64,000 nucleotides of DNA, taken from contig CAZQSI010000005.1 of NCBI GenBank assembly GCA_964596155.1, positions 2,275-66,274 on the forward strand, written 5' to 3'. Of this stretch, positions 36,225 to 46,020 are shown one piece after another. Position numbers and translations under genes: made by a program. The stretch is from an uncultured Chitinophagaceae bacterium (GTDB lineage: Bacteria; Bacteroidota; Ignavibacteria; UBA10030; UBA8401). The notes under the pieces were generated by a model. It ran no database searches, was not told where the DNA came from, and saw nothing but the letters and a program-made list of their open reading frames with translations. The stretch's first letter is position 1. Every line of letters starts with the position of its first letter.

Positions 36225-36254
36225 AAAAAAAAGGTCTCCGCAATTGCGGAGACC
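36225..36254 (-). terminator. rho-independent terminator of gltA
   Basis: On the minus strand: GGTCTCCGC, loop AATT, GCGGAGACC, then T8. Confidence 0.85.
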
Positions 36255-36273
36255 GGTCGATCTGGACGTATGC

Positions 36274-37563
36274 TTACTTTCGTTTTTCGATGGAGACGTA
36301 ATCCCGGCTGTCATGTCCCAGGTAGATTTGCCGAGGCCGTGCGATCTTTTGTTCCTCGTCCTGAACCATTTCCTGCCAGTGAGTAATCCATCCGGATGTA
36401 CGCGGAATTGCGAACAACACTGGGAAAAATTCCATCGGGAAATCCATCGCTTTGTAGATTAATCCAGAGTAAAAATCAACGTTTGGATACAATTTCCGTT
36501 TGATGAAATATTCGTCATTCAAGGCGATCCGTTCCAGTTCGAGGGCGATTTCCAGTTTTGGATCAACGCCGGTCACCTTGAAAATATCATCGGCCAATTG
36601 TTTGATTACCTTGGCACGCGGATCATAGTTTTTATAGACTCTGTGACCGAATCCCATCAGCTTTCCTTCGCCGCTTTTCACTTTTTCGATAAATGCCGGC
36701 ACGTTTTTGATGGATCCGATCTGGTCAAGCATTCGCAACACCGCTTCGTTGGCACCACCGTGGAGCGGACCGTACAGAGCAGCGGCAGCGGCAGCAGTGG
36801 AGGAGTAGGGATCCACACGCGAACTGCCGACATTTCTCATAGCGCTGGTGCTGCAATTCTGTTCATGATCTGCATGAAGGATGAAGAGGATGTTCAGCGC
36901 CTTTTCAAAAATTTCCGGCACTTCATATCGAGGTGTTCCTATGCTGTACATCATGTTCAGAAAATTCTGTATGAATGTCAGATCGTTGTTGGGATAAATG
37001 TACGGCATCCCTTTAATGTGGCGGTATGAAAATGCCGCGATGGTCGGCACCTTTCCGATTAAACGGAGAATTTGTTTTTGACGAATGGCCGGATCGAGAA
37101 CTTTACCGGCTTCCGGATAGAAGGTGGAAAGAGCGGCAACGGTACTGATGAACATTCCCATCGGATGGGCATCGTACCGGAATCCTTCCATCAATTTTTT
37201 AACATTTTCATGAATATAGGTGTGGGATTTAATGTTGTTTTCCCAATCGGTTAACTGCTTTTTGTCCGGTAATTCTCCGTATAACAAAAGGTATGTTACT
37301 TCAAGATATGAACTCTTTTCTGCAAGTTGTTCAATCGGATAACCGCGATACCGAAGGATGCCCTTGTCGCCGTCGATGAATGTGACGGTGCTCTTGCAGG
37401 AAGCTGTGTTCATAAATGCAGGATCGTACGTCATCATGCCGAAATCGTCGTCATTAACCTTTATTTTCCGAAGATCCACGGCATTGATGGTTCCGTGCGA
37501 AATCGGCAGTTCGTAACTGCTGCCGGTGCGGTTGTCGGTGATTGTTAAGGTTTCTTTTGCCAT
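36274..37563 (-). CDS. gltA: citrate synthase (type II)
   Basis: 430 aa from ATG 37563 (MAKETLTITDNRTG...). Motifs are HADHEQNCSTS and GFGHRVYKNYDPRA. The longer track ORF would overlap the upstream fumarase gene. Confidence 0.93.
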   Translation of the reverse strand: MAKETLTITDNRTGSSYELPISHGTINAVDLRKIKVNDDDFGMMTYDPAFMNTASCKSTVTFIDGDKGILRYRGYPIEQLAEKSSYLEVTYLLLYGELPDKKQLTDWENNIKSHTYIHENVKKLMEGFRYDAHPMGMFISTVAALSTFYPEAGKVLDPAIRQKQILRLIGKVPTIAAFSYRHIKGMPYIYPNNDLTFIQNFLNMMYSIGTPRYEVPEIFEKALNILFILHADHEQNCSTSAMRNVGSSRVDPYSSTAAAAAALYGPLHGGANEAVLRMLDQIGSIKNVPAFIEKVKSGEGKLMGFGHRVYKNYDPRAKVIKQLADDIFKVTGVDPKLEIALELERIALNDEYFIKRKLYPNVDFYSGLIYKAMDFPMEFFPVLFAIPRTSGWITHWQEMVQDEEQKIARPRQIYLGHDSRDYVSIEKRK

Positions 37564-37582
37564 AATGCTCCCAAGGAAGTAA

Positions 37583-39106
37583 TTAGTAAACCGGTTGTGC
37601 AAAAGCCGAGAGCTCTTTTGCAGAAAGTGTTTCAACATCCGCATGCAGGCTGTTACCATGCGCATCCATCGTCACAATTGCAGGAAAATCTTTTACCGTG
37701 ATGTGCCAGAGCGCTTCCGGCAAACCGAATTGTTCGAGATCGACGCCGTCCACGGAGGTGATGCATTTGGCATAATATTGCGCCGCACCACCGATGGCAT
37801 TTAAATACACCGCTCCATGTTCTTTCAGTGCCGCGAGTGTGGTTTTTCCCATCCCGCCTTTTCCCATCACAGCCCGCAGGCCGTACTTTTTAATGATTGT
37901 TGCCTGATATGGTTCTTCCCGCATACTGGTGGTCGGACCGGCTGCAGTAATCTTCCATTTACCATCTTTTTTCAATGTCACCGGACCGCAGTGATACAGT
38001 ATTTGTCCATTTAAATCGACAGGCGGTTTGTTATTCATCAAATGGGCATGGATAGCATCCCGTCCGGTATACATTTTGCCGCTGACAAGAACGACATCGC
38101 CCACTTTCAGAGATTTTATTGTTTCTTCACTGATCGGTGTCGTTAATGTAATTTCATTGCCTGAAAGGGTAATCTCGCTGCTTTTTCCCATTGTGATCAC
38201 CGGTGCATCATCTTTATATAGCCATCGTTTAATGTCGCCTGTTTTCGCATCCAATACGACGCCTTGACGCCGGAATGCCCAGCAGTCATATGCGACAGAT
38301 ACAAAAAAGCTTGCCGGAAGCCGGTTTTGAGCTCCGATCTTGCATCCGATGAGTGTCGAGTTTCCGCCGAAGCCCATGGTGCCGATGTTGAGTTCGTTCG
38401 CATGTTTCATGATGTATTGTTCGAGTTCGGCTAGAGTGGGATTGGGATTGGTATCGTCGAGTGGGCGGAAGAGCTGCATTTTTGCATGATCATATCCGGA
38501 CGTCCTGTCGCCCCCGATACAGACGCCGATCGCTCCGATCGCACATCCGTGTCCCTGTGCCTGCCAGACGGCATGAAGAATACATTTACGAATTCCTTCT
38601 AAATTTCGTCCCGCTTTCCCGAGGTGTTCCAATTCCGTCGGCAATGAATATTGGATGTTTTTGTTTTCACATCCGCCGCCTTTAAGGATAAGTTTTACTT
38701 CGACTTCATCGTCATTCTTCCATTGTTCCCAATGCATGATCGGCGTTCCCTCGCCGAGATTATCGCCGCTGTTCTCTCCTGTCAGCGAATCAACGGAATT
38801 GGAACGGAGAATTCCTTCCTTGGTGCATTCCACAATTGCTTCCCTGATCCATGCCTTCATCTCGATCTGGTTTGCACCGACCGGCGTGTGGATGATGAAC
38901 GTCGGCATTCCGGTATCCTGACAGATTGGTCCTACAGCATCGCACGCCATGTCGATATTCGTGGCAATCGTTTCGAGCGCCATGGCGGAGCGTGTGCCCG
39001 CCTCTTCGCGTTTCTGTGCAGTTTGGATTGCTTTACGGACATCGGGTGGCAGGTTGCTGGACGCATCGGAGATCAGAGAGATGATGCTTTGTCGGAAATT
39101 CTTCAT
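37583..39106 (-). CDS. class I (Fe-S) fumarate hydratase, fused alpha/beta type
   Basis: 507 aa. The alpha region has CQDTGMPTF and the beta region has GKMYTGRDAIHAHL. An L-tartrate dehydratase activity cannot be excluded. The neighbouring gltA supports a TCA-cycle role. Confidence 0.88.
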   Translation of the reverse strand: MKNFRQSIISLISDASSNLPPDVRKAIQTAQKREEAGTRSAMALETIATNIDMACDAVGPICQDTGMPTFIIHTPVGANQIEMKAWIREAIVECTKEGILRSNSVDSLTGENSGDNLGEGTPIMHWEQWKNDDEVEVKLILKGGGCENKNIQYSLPTELEHLGKAGRNLEGIRKCILHAVWQAQGHGCAIGAIGVCIGGDRTSGYDHAKMQLFRPLDDTNPNPTLAELEQYIMKHANELNIGTMGFGGNSTLIGCKIGAQNRLPASFFVSVAYDCWAFRRQGVVLDAKTGDIKRWLYKDDAPVITMGKSSEITLSGNEITLTTPISEETIKSLKVGDVVLVSGKMYTGRDAIHAHLMNNKPPVDLNGQILYHCGPVTLKKDGKWKITAAGPTTSMREEPYQATIIKKYGLRAVMGKGGMGKTTLAALKEHGAVYLNAIGGAAQYYAKCITSVDGVDLEQFGLPEALWHITVKDFPAIVTMDAHGNSLHADVETLSAKELSAFAQPVY

Positions 39107-39114
39107 AACGTACC

Positions 39115-39813
39115 TCAGCGAATATCTTCACTCCAGTAGGTGAATTTTTCTCCCTGGTTCATGAGTGAAATTTTAGTCGGGATGATCTGCAAATCGATGA
39201 TGTCGGCGGCGTCATTGTAAATGATGTCAAACATGAACGACACTTTAAAAAAGATGTTGCTTTCGTTGCTTTTTGCCTCCTGGGCGGTCTGTTTGTTCAC
39301 AAACCAGGTGAACTCGGGATTGGTGTTCAAATGGATGTATGCTCTGCGGTATCCCTTGATATCCTTTTCAGTAATCGCCAGATATTTATTGGCAGGCACG
39401 GAAACGATGACATGCTTCTTTTTGGGCTGAATAAGAATTTCGGTGGTTGATTTAATGCCGTACGTTTGATTATCGGCATCGTATTTCACCAACGTTGCAT
39501 TCATCCAAACGGAAAAAGTCCGGGAATTAAGACGATTTTCGCTATAAAACTTTCTAATTTTTCCTATGTAATCGTCTTTACTCTTCTGAATACGCGCCTT
39601 ATATTCAGATGTAGATTCGAATTCATTCTTTTCGGCAACTTCAGCATGATATGCTTCGGATAGTTTTTTCAGTTCATCCCAAACTGTTTTAACGACATCG
39701 AAACATTGTTCTGCCGTTAATACCTCGTCTGCCTGATATGATTTGAAGATTGGTTGGGAGTACAGGAGTGAGGAACACAACAATGAGAGTACAACGAATG
39801 ACGAAACCTTCAT
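39115..39813 (-). CDS. hypothetical secreted protein
   Basis: ATG 39813 gives the signal peptide MKVSSFVVLSLLCSSLLYSQ. No recognisable domain. Confidence 0.5.
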   Translation of the reverse strand: MKVSSFVVLSLLCSSLLYSQPIFKSYQADEVLTAEQCFDVVKTVWDELKKLSEAYHAEVAEKNEFESTSEYKARIQKSKDDYIGKIRKFYSENRLNSRTFSVWMNATLVKYDADNQTYGIKSTTEILIQPKKKHVIVSVPANKYLAITEKDIKGYRRAYIHLNTNPEFTWFVNKQTAQEAKSNESNIFFKVSFMFDIIYNDAADIIDLQIIPTKISLMNQGEKFTYWSEDIR

Positions 39814-39885
39814 GGTGAAATCCTTTATTTTTCCTTTCGAAATATACAAATATTTTCGTGATTTTGTAATAAAATCTGTTCAAAT

Positions 39886-40407
39886 TTGCCCATGAATCGC
39901 ATAGTACGATCTATCGTCCTTGTTGTGGCAGGGATGCTCTGCATAGCCGGATGCGATGAGCAGGGATTGAATCCTCACGATGTCGTCGAACCCGGTTTCG
40001 GCGGGACGATCACATACATCAGCAAAAAACCCCCTGCCGACAGCATCAGGGACTTGCGCATCGTTGCCGTACCATATTTCCCCGTTGATACGTTATTCCA
40101 GCCGCTTATTCTTAAAGTCATCGAGGGTGTTATTCCGTTCAGTGATGATCTCCGTCAGACTGTTGATTCAGGAAAAACCGTTCACTATGATTTTTTTGTA
40201 AAACCAAAAACGTATTATTATGTCGCCATCGTTCAGCAATTCGGCATTGACGTTTTTTCACAATGGAAAGTGGTAGCGGTGTACAGTTCAACGGGAAATG
40301 ATTCGATCCCGACTCCGGTCATAATCACTGACGGTGTTTTCAAACGGAATATCAATTTCACTGTCGATTTTTACAACCTGCCTCCGCAACCATTCAGGGT
40401 TCCATGA
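39886..40407 (+). CDS. hypothetical lipoprotein
   Basis: 173 aa with lipobox LCIAGC. ATGA overlap with the downstream TonB-dependent receptor gene. Confidence 0.55.
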   Translation: MPMNRIVRSIVLVVAGMLCIAGCDEQGLNPHDVVEPGFGGTITYISKKPPADSIRDLRIVAVPYFPVDTLFQPLILKVIEGVIPFSDDLRQTVDSGKTVHYDFFVKPKTYYYVAIVQQFGIDVFSQWKVVAVYSSTGNDSIPTPVIITDGVFKRNINFTVDFYNLPPQPFRVP

Positions 40408-42668
40408 TGAGAATGTTGATGCGCATTAACATACTGAATAAACATACGGCAGCGTTCGGATTTTTGGTTCCGATGCAACGGAGTCTATTTATTCTGTTGT
40501 TGATTACTCCCGGAATTCTGTTTACTCAATCCGTCAACAGTCTGAAGGGAAGAGTAGTCTCAGCGGACGACGGCAGTCCGATCGTCGGAGCCTCGGTGAT
40601 GGTGAAGAATACAACATTAGGCGTGTCAACCGGTACCGACGGTTCATTTTCAATAACCAATGTTCCTGCTGCGCGGAGGGTGATATCGGTTTCTGCAATC
40701 GGATACAAATCCGTGTCGTATACGTTGAACGATGACCTCAGTCAGAATCTTATCATCGAACTGCCGACATCTCCCGTTCAGACTCAAACCGTGGTCGTTA
40801 CCGCAAGCAAACGGCCGCAATCGCTGGAAGAAATCCCGGTAAGCATGAATGTACTGGAAGCACGTTCGATTGAAGAACGGAATTCAATTTCCCTTGATGA
40901 AGCTCTCCGATATATTCCCGGTGTCAATTTCCAGCAGTCGCAGATAAATATCCGGGCTTCCAGCGGATACAGCAGAGGTGTGGGGAGCAGAATTTTGATG
41001 CTGGTGGATGGTGTCCCGCTTCTTACGGGCGATACGAAAGAGATTACGTTTGAATCAATTCCGGTGTTTCATATCGACAGAGTTGAAGTGGTGAAGGGAG
41101 CCGGTTCGGCATTGTACGGTTCGGGAGCCCTCGGAGGAGTCATTAATGTGTTGACGAAGGAAATCGGAGAGGAGACGGAACTCTGGTGGAGAACGTACGG
41201 CGGAATGTATTCCGATCCTCAGTACGACGAATGGAATTGGAGCGGCAAGACACGGTATGTAAACGGTCAGTCGGCGGGAATCTCCATGAAGGAAAGCGGA
41301 CTCGGCATCACTGCCTCATTGCAGCGGCTGTCCGATGACGGTTACCGTGAACAGGACTGGCTGCGTCGGTATAATGGATTTGTGAAATTAACGTACGACA
41401 TTTCTCCGTACCAATCGATGACGGCTACATCCAATTATTTTCAGCAATACCGAGGTGACTTTCTCTGGTGGAAGGATCTGAAGAATGCATTGATTCCCGC
41501 CGATGCGCAGCGGAATGTGACGACATCGTCGCTCCGGTTTAATACCGGAGTTCAATACAAGCATTTTATTAATGATAAATTTTTCTATGCTGTCCATGCC
41601 TCTCATTTCCGGGGGAATTGGCACAGAGACAGCGCCACCGGCGTACGGCTTGACGGATCGGTGTCCGATGCATTTGTATCGGAAATTCAGGGAAATCTGT
41701 CGCTGACGGAGAGGAATATTTTGACATTTGGTATCGTCGGTTCGTTCGAAGATGTTGATTCGGACATTTTCGGCATTCATGACGGCAACGGTGCCGCATT
41801 GTACGTTCAGAATGAATACGTATTATCGTCTGACCTATCCGTTTCGGCAGGTATTCGTCATGACGCTCAACAGATCAGCGGGGGATCCACGCATCAGCAG
41901 ACCAATCCGAAATTTGGAATACGGTACAGCGTTGACGAATATCATACCATCCGCGCATCAGCCGGCCGTGGATTTCGAGCACCGTCAATCGGGGAGTACT
42001 ACACCTCGACGGCAAATACCGGCAGCGCGGCAATCATTATTCCGAGTCCGAATCTGAAACCGGAGGTCAGTGCGACATATGAAATCAGCGGCACAAACAT
42101 ATTGTCTTCCGATGCAAGATTCGAATGGGCTCTCTTCCATTCTGATTTTTATGATCTTATTGAACCGAACGTTCAAAGCGATACGGTGCTGAAAGCAGTG
42201 ACGGTGAATTTCAAGAATATCACACAGGCACGCATCCAGGGTTTCGAATTGAGCATGTTTACTCATGCACTCGACCGGTCGCTTTCCATTGACGGACATT
42301 ATAATTATAACTGGGCGATCAATACCGTTTCAAACACATTCCTTCGATTTCGACCGAGGCATATCGCCGGGATCAATACGTTATACCGATTCCCGCCTGT
42401 ATCGATCGGACTTGATTACCGGTATGTCAGCAGAATTGAAACAATTGACGAAACACTCGTTGAATTGGCACCGATCAAGAACGGAAGCCGGCGTGTACCG
42501 ATCCACGTTGTAGATGCGCGTCTTCTGTCAGATCTCGCGATCAGCGGATATCCGTTGCGCTGTTCGTTTAACGTAAAAAACATATTCGGGTACAATTATA
42601 ATGAGTTGATCGGCAATGTTTCACCCCCGCGTTCTTATGTTCTGACATTCGAGGGAATAATTAAGTAA
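40404..42668 (+). CDS. TonB-dependent outer-membrane receptor with CarboxypepD_reg domain
   Basis: 754 aa. Motifs are LKGRVVSADDGSPIVGASVMV, the plug motifs LDEALRYIPGVN and MLVDGVPL, and VEVVKGAGSALYGSGALGGVINVLTK. Confidence 0.9.
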   Translation: MMRMLMRINILNKHTAAFGFLVPMQRSLFILLLITPGILFTQSVNSLKGRVVSADDGSPIVGASVMVKNTTLGVSTGTDGSFSITNVPAARRVISVSAIGYKSVSYTLNDDLSQNLIIELPTSPVQTQTVVVTASKRPQSLEEIPVSMNVLEARSIEERNSISLDEALRYIPGVNFQQSQINIRASSGYSRGVGSRILMLVDGVPLLTGDTKEITFESIPVFHIDRVEVVKGAGSALYGSGALGGVINVLTKEIGEETELWWRTYGGMYSDPQYDEWNWSGKTRYVNGQSAGISMKESGLGITASLQRLSDDGYREQDWLRRYNGFVKLTYDISPYQSMTATSNYFQQYRGDFLWWKDLKNALIPADAQRNVTTSSLRFNTGVQYKHFINDKFFYAVHASHFRGNWHRDSATGVRLDGSVSDAFVSEIQGNLSLTERNILTFGIVGSFEDVDSDIFGIHDGNGAALYVQNEYVLSSDLSVSAGIRHDAQQISGGSTHQQTNPKFGIRYSVDEYHTIRASAGRGFRAPSIGEYYTSTANTGSAAIIIPSPNLKPEVSATYEISGTNILSSDARFEWALFHSDFYDLIEPNVQSDTVLKAVTVNFKNITQARIQGFELSMFTHALDRSLSIDGHYNYNWAINTVSNTFLRFRPRHIAGINTLYRFPPVSIGLDYRYVSRIETIDETLVELAPIKNGSRRVPIHVVDARLLSDLAISGYPLRCSFNVKNIFGYNYNELIGNVSPPRSYVLTFEGIIK

Positions 42669-42692
42669 TCACGCTTCAATCTTTAGGATAGT

Positions 42693-43484
42693 ATGTTTAT
42701 TGATTCGCACTGCCATTTGTTTTATGAAGACTTCGCCCATGATCTGGATGCGGTGATTAACCGTGCACTGGAGTCGAATGTTACGTCGTTTATCGTTCCA
42801 GCCACAAATCCCGATACCGCCGAACAAGCGATTGCGATTGCAGAACAATACCAATCGGTATTCGCTGCCGTAGGATATCATCCTTTGGATCTGAAGACAT
42901 TTTCGGACGATGGAATGAGCCGTATCGAGGAAATGATCGGACACAAAAAAGTGGTGGCTGTCGGCGAAATCGGCATTGATTATTTTTACGATACGTCCCC
43001 GCGCGAATATCAGCAGGAGATATTCTCACGGCAGATTAATCTAGCCGTAACGCATGACTTACCCATTATCGTCCATACAAGGGATTCGGTGCAGGATGCG
43101 ATTGATCTCGTTGCGGCAACAGCAGTCGAACATCCGGAATGGAGAAACGGAATAAACAGAGGAGTGTTCCATTGTTTTACGGGCGATGCCGGTCAGGCGA
43201 ACAGATTATTCGATCTCGGATTCTATGTTTCATTTCCCGGTCCGGTAACATTCAAAAAAAATTCAATGCCCGATGTTGTGAGAGCCATCGGTCTCGACCG
43301 AATCATGGTTGAGACCGACTCGCCGTTTCTCACTCCGGTGCCGTTCAGAGGAAAAAGAAATGAACCGTCGTACATTCCCATCATCGCGAATCGAATTGCG
43401 GAAATTCTTGATGTATCTGTAGAGCATGTCGCCGAACGAACCACGGCAAATGCACGGACCCTTTTTAATCTGCCCGCACTCTAA
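42693..43484 (+). CDS. tatD: TatD-family metal-dependent hydrolase/DNase
   Basis: 263 aa. Motifs are MFIDSHCHL, GEIGIDY, IVHTRDS and ETDSPFL. Confidence 0.9.
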   Translation: MFIDSHCHLFYEDFAHDLDAVINRALESNVTSFIVPATNPDTAEQAIAIAEQYQSVFAAVGYHPLDLKTFSDDGMSRIEEMIGHKKVVAVGEIGIDYFYDTSPREYQQEIFSRQINLAVTHDLPIIVHTRDSVQDAIDLVAATAVEHPEWRNGINRGVFHCFTGDAGQANRLFDLGFYVSFPGPVTFKKNSMPDVVRAIGLDRIMVETDSPFLTPVPFRGKRNEPSYIPIIANRIAEILDVSVEHVAERTTANARTLFNLPAL

Positions 43485-43506
43485 CTTCATCCGAAAGAAG
43501 TCAACA

Positions 43507-45516
43507 ATGTCAGCAACCGCCTCTAATGTTCGAATCATACTGTATTTTCTTTTGACTGCATTCTGTGCATCATCTCTTGTCAGTCAGCCCTCAATCCGTG
43601 AGATTCGGATCCTTCAGGATAAACGGGATGGTAAATCGGAAGCGTTGCACTCATTTTTACGGTACCCCAACGCCGAAGAAAGGGAATGGGCGTTGTTGGC
43701 GGTTGCCAATATTCAGGATACTTCCGTCGTTCAGAATATTATTCCATTGCTGCGTGACAAATATCCAAGCGTACGTGCAATGGCGGCATTTGCTTTAGGA
43801 ATGACAGGAGGAAAGGGGAGTGCTGCAGCACTGTTTGAAAGAATCACCGGCGAAAATGATTCCACTGTTCTTGCTGCGCTGTATAACGGAATCGGCATGA
43901 CCGGAAACGCTGCGGATTTAATACGAATCACGAAACCGAATATACTGCGTCATTCCAATAGATATTTTACTCTCCGATCCATTATAAGATTTGCCAACAG
44001 AAAAATTATCGATTCATCTGCCACGGCCTTTGCCGGTTCACTCATGACGGATTCGCTGCTCAAACAAGACGCAGTGTATGCATTGATGAGAACCAATGAC
44101 ACTTCCGGAGTCAGAATGTTTGCTTTCGGCATCAAGGAAAATATGACTTCCGGTTCGCCGACGATAAGGATGTGGAGTGCATCGCTGCTCGGAATGCTGA
44201 AGGATTCTGCCTCCCGATCATTACTGCTTGAGCATGCAGCAGGTGACGTCGACTGGAGAGTCCGTGTCAATGCGATACGATCGTTACGGCGCACAGCGAG
44301 AGTTCAGCATGCGTTGCTCTCGTTGTTTCAGGACGAACATGAGCATATCGCACTGACAGCCGTCAGCACGTACCGAGAGGTGATTGCATACTCGAACGCA
44401 ATGCCCGACAGCATGCAGATCGTCAGATTCCTTCAATCAGAAAAAACTCACCGGACGGTGAAACATGAAATACGGAAATTACTTGCTTCTACTTATGGTT
44501 CTGCCGCAATACCGCTGATTGGCGAGTGGAAACAGGGGCAACCATACGATGCGGCAGAAATTCTGCGGGCACTCGGTGCAACAAAGGCGATGCAGGCAGC
44601 GCCGGAATTTGAAAAGGCAATCCAATCTTCTTCAAGATCTCCGGTCATTGCGGCAGCTATCGAAGCATATCACTCGCTGGCAAGAGTCTCAGATATTTCC
44701 GTTCAACGAAATTTCCTAAAGCTGGCAGCAGATCAATTCCAAAAGAGGGATGCCGGTATATCGTACTATGCCGCTCTGTCGTTTCAGGACAGTTTGTTTG
44801 ACAAAAATCTGCGAAAGGCATTTCTTCCTCAGTTGAACGACGCATTCATGGAAATGGAATCTCCCGCCGACACCGAACCGATGGTGGAACTGGTGAATCT
44901 TTTTTCCGACATCGGTGATTCGACAGTGCTATCCTCAGTAGAAAAAGGTTTGTCGAATCAGGAAGAAGTTATACGACGGGCATCGGAACGATCGTACCTC
45001 TCAATCACCGGAAAGAGTTCACCGGTTCGTTTTGTAAAAAAAACCGATTCGTATACTCCTTTTTATTTTCCCGAGCAGTTGAACGAATTGAAAAAGTATG
45101 AGGGAGCGGTGATCACAACAAGCAAGGGTGTGATTAACGTCCGTTTTGAAAAAAATGCCGCACCGTTTACAGTTCTCAACTTTATTCTTTTGGCAAAAAA
45201 AGGATTTTACGACGGACTGATATTTCACAGGGTAGTCAGCAATTTTGTCATTCAGGGAGGCGATCCGTTGGGAACCGGCAGCGGTGGTCCGAATTATGCC
45301 ATAAGGACGGAAGTACATCCTGCGTTCACATATTCCGAAGGTGCGGTTGGTATGGCAAGTGCGGGAAAAGATACGGAAGGATCACAATGGTTTGTGACTC
45401 ATTGTGCGACACCTCATCTGGATTACCGATACACGATATTCGGTTATACGAAAGAGAACGATGTTGTTGGAAAAATTATGGCGGGAGATACAATTATTTC
45501 GGTAACATTGAGATAA
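43507..45516 (+). CDS. exported HEAT-repeat protein fused to cyclophilin-type peptidyl-prolyl isomerase
   Basis: ATG 43507 gives a signal-like N-terminus. About 480 aa are HEAT/ARM-like repeats (repeated VR..AA.ALG segments). The C-terminal cyclophilin core reads GFYDGLIFHRVVSNFVIQGGDPLGTGSGGP. Confidence 0.8.
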   Translation: MSATASNVRIILYFLLTAFCASSLVSQPSIREIRILQDKRDGKSEALHSFLRYPNAEEREWALLAVANIQDTSVVQNIIPLLRDKYPSVRAMAAFALGMTGGKGSAAALFERITGENDSTVLAALYNGIGMTGNAADLIRITKPNILRHSNRYFTLRSIIRFANRKIIDSSATAFAGSLMTDSLLKQDAVYALMRTNDTSGVRMFAFGIKENMTSGSPTIRMWSASLLGMLKDSASRSLLLEHAAGDVDWRVRVNAIRSLRRTARVQHALLSLFQDEHEHIALTAVSTYREVIAYSNAMPDSMQIVRFLQSEKTHRTVKHEIRKLLASTYGSAAIPLIGEWKQGQPYDAAEILRALGATKAMQAAPEFEKAIQSSSRSPVIAAAIEAYHSLARVSDISVQRNFLKLAADQFQKRDAGISYYAALSFQDSLFDKNLRKAFLPQLNDAFMEMESPADTEPMVELVNLFSDIGDSTVLSSVEKGLSNQEEVIRRASERSYLSITGKSSPVRFVKKTDSYTPFYFPEQLNELKKYEGAVITTSKGVINVRFEKNAAPFTVLNFILLAKKGFYDGLIFHRVVSNFVIQGGDPLGTGSGGPNYAIRTEVHPAFTYSEGAVGMASAGKDTEGSQWFVTHCATPHLDYRYTIFGYTKENDVVGKIMAGDTIISVTLR

Positions 45517-45548
45517 AAAAAATGGACGGTAGACCGTCCATTTTTTTT
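45515..45548. terminator. bidirectional rho-independent terminator
   Basis: A8, then TGGACGG, loop TAGA, CCGTCCA, then T8, between convergent genes. Confidence 0.85.
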
Positions 45549-45569
45549 CATACGATGTCAACCGGACTG

Positions 45570-45908
45570 CTATTTGAAACTTTCCACGGCACTTTTTACC
45601 GTATCGTGGAGTTCAATAACGCCGGATACCTTTGTCATCTTGAAGACCTGGGCAACTTTTTCCGATGACGAAGCCACTTTCAGATTTCCTCCCGCATTGC
45701 GCATCGTTGTAACGGCGCCGATGAGCATACCGAGACCGGAGCTGTTCATCAATGAAACGCCGCTGAGATCGACCACAATGTGTTTTTTCTTGGCATCGAG
45801 AAGTTTGTGAAGCGCTCCGTTCAATTCTGATGCTTCGGGGCCGCCCAGCATGCTTCCTTCCATTTTGATCACGGTGACGGCGTTCAATTCTTTTGTTGAA
45901 AATTTCAT
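45570..45908 (-). CDS. STAS-domain anti-sigma-factor antagonist (SpoIIAA/RsbV-like)
   Basis: 112 aa. DLSGVSLMNSSGLGMLIG contains the conserved phosphorylatable Ser context (xxSSGL). Confidence 0.85.
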   Translation of the reverse strand: MKFSTKELNAVTVIKMEGSMLGGPEASELNGALHKLLDAKKKHIVVDLSGVSLMNSSGLGMLIGAVTTMRNAGGNLKVASSSEKVAQVFKMTKVSGVIELHDTVKSAVESFK

Positions 45909-46020
45909 AGTCGTCTGCTTCCGTTGTTTTTTGGACGAAGTCCGATTAAGCCGCTGTCTAAATTACTTCGACGGCTGTTAAAAAACACAAAGGTTCATCC
46001 GCAAGGTGACACCCGCAGGA

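Noticed and set aside
37564-37665. N-terminal 34-aa extension of citrate synthase in the ORF track
   Set aside because: The extension would overlap the fumarase 3' end by 80 nt. ATG 37563 gives the canonical MAKETLTI... start.
45909-46020. GGTTCATCC resembling a tRNA T-loop in the intergenic region
   Set aside because: The flanking sequence cannot form T-arm or acceptor stems, and no cloverleaf can be drawn.
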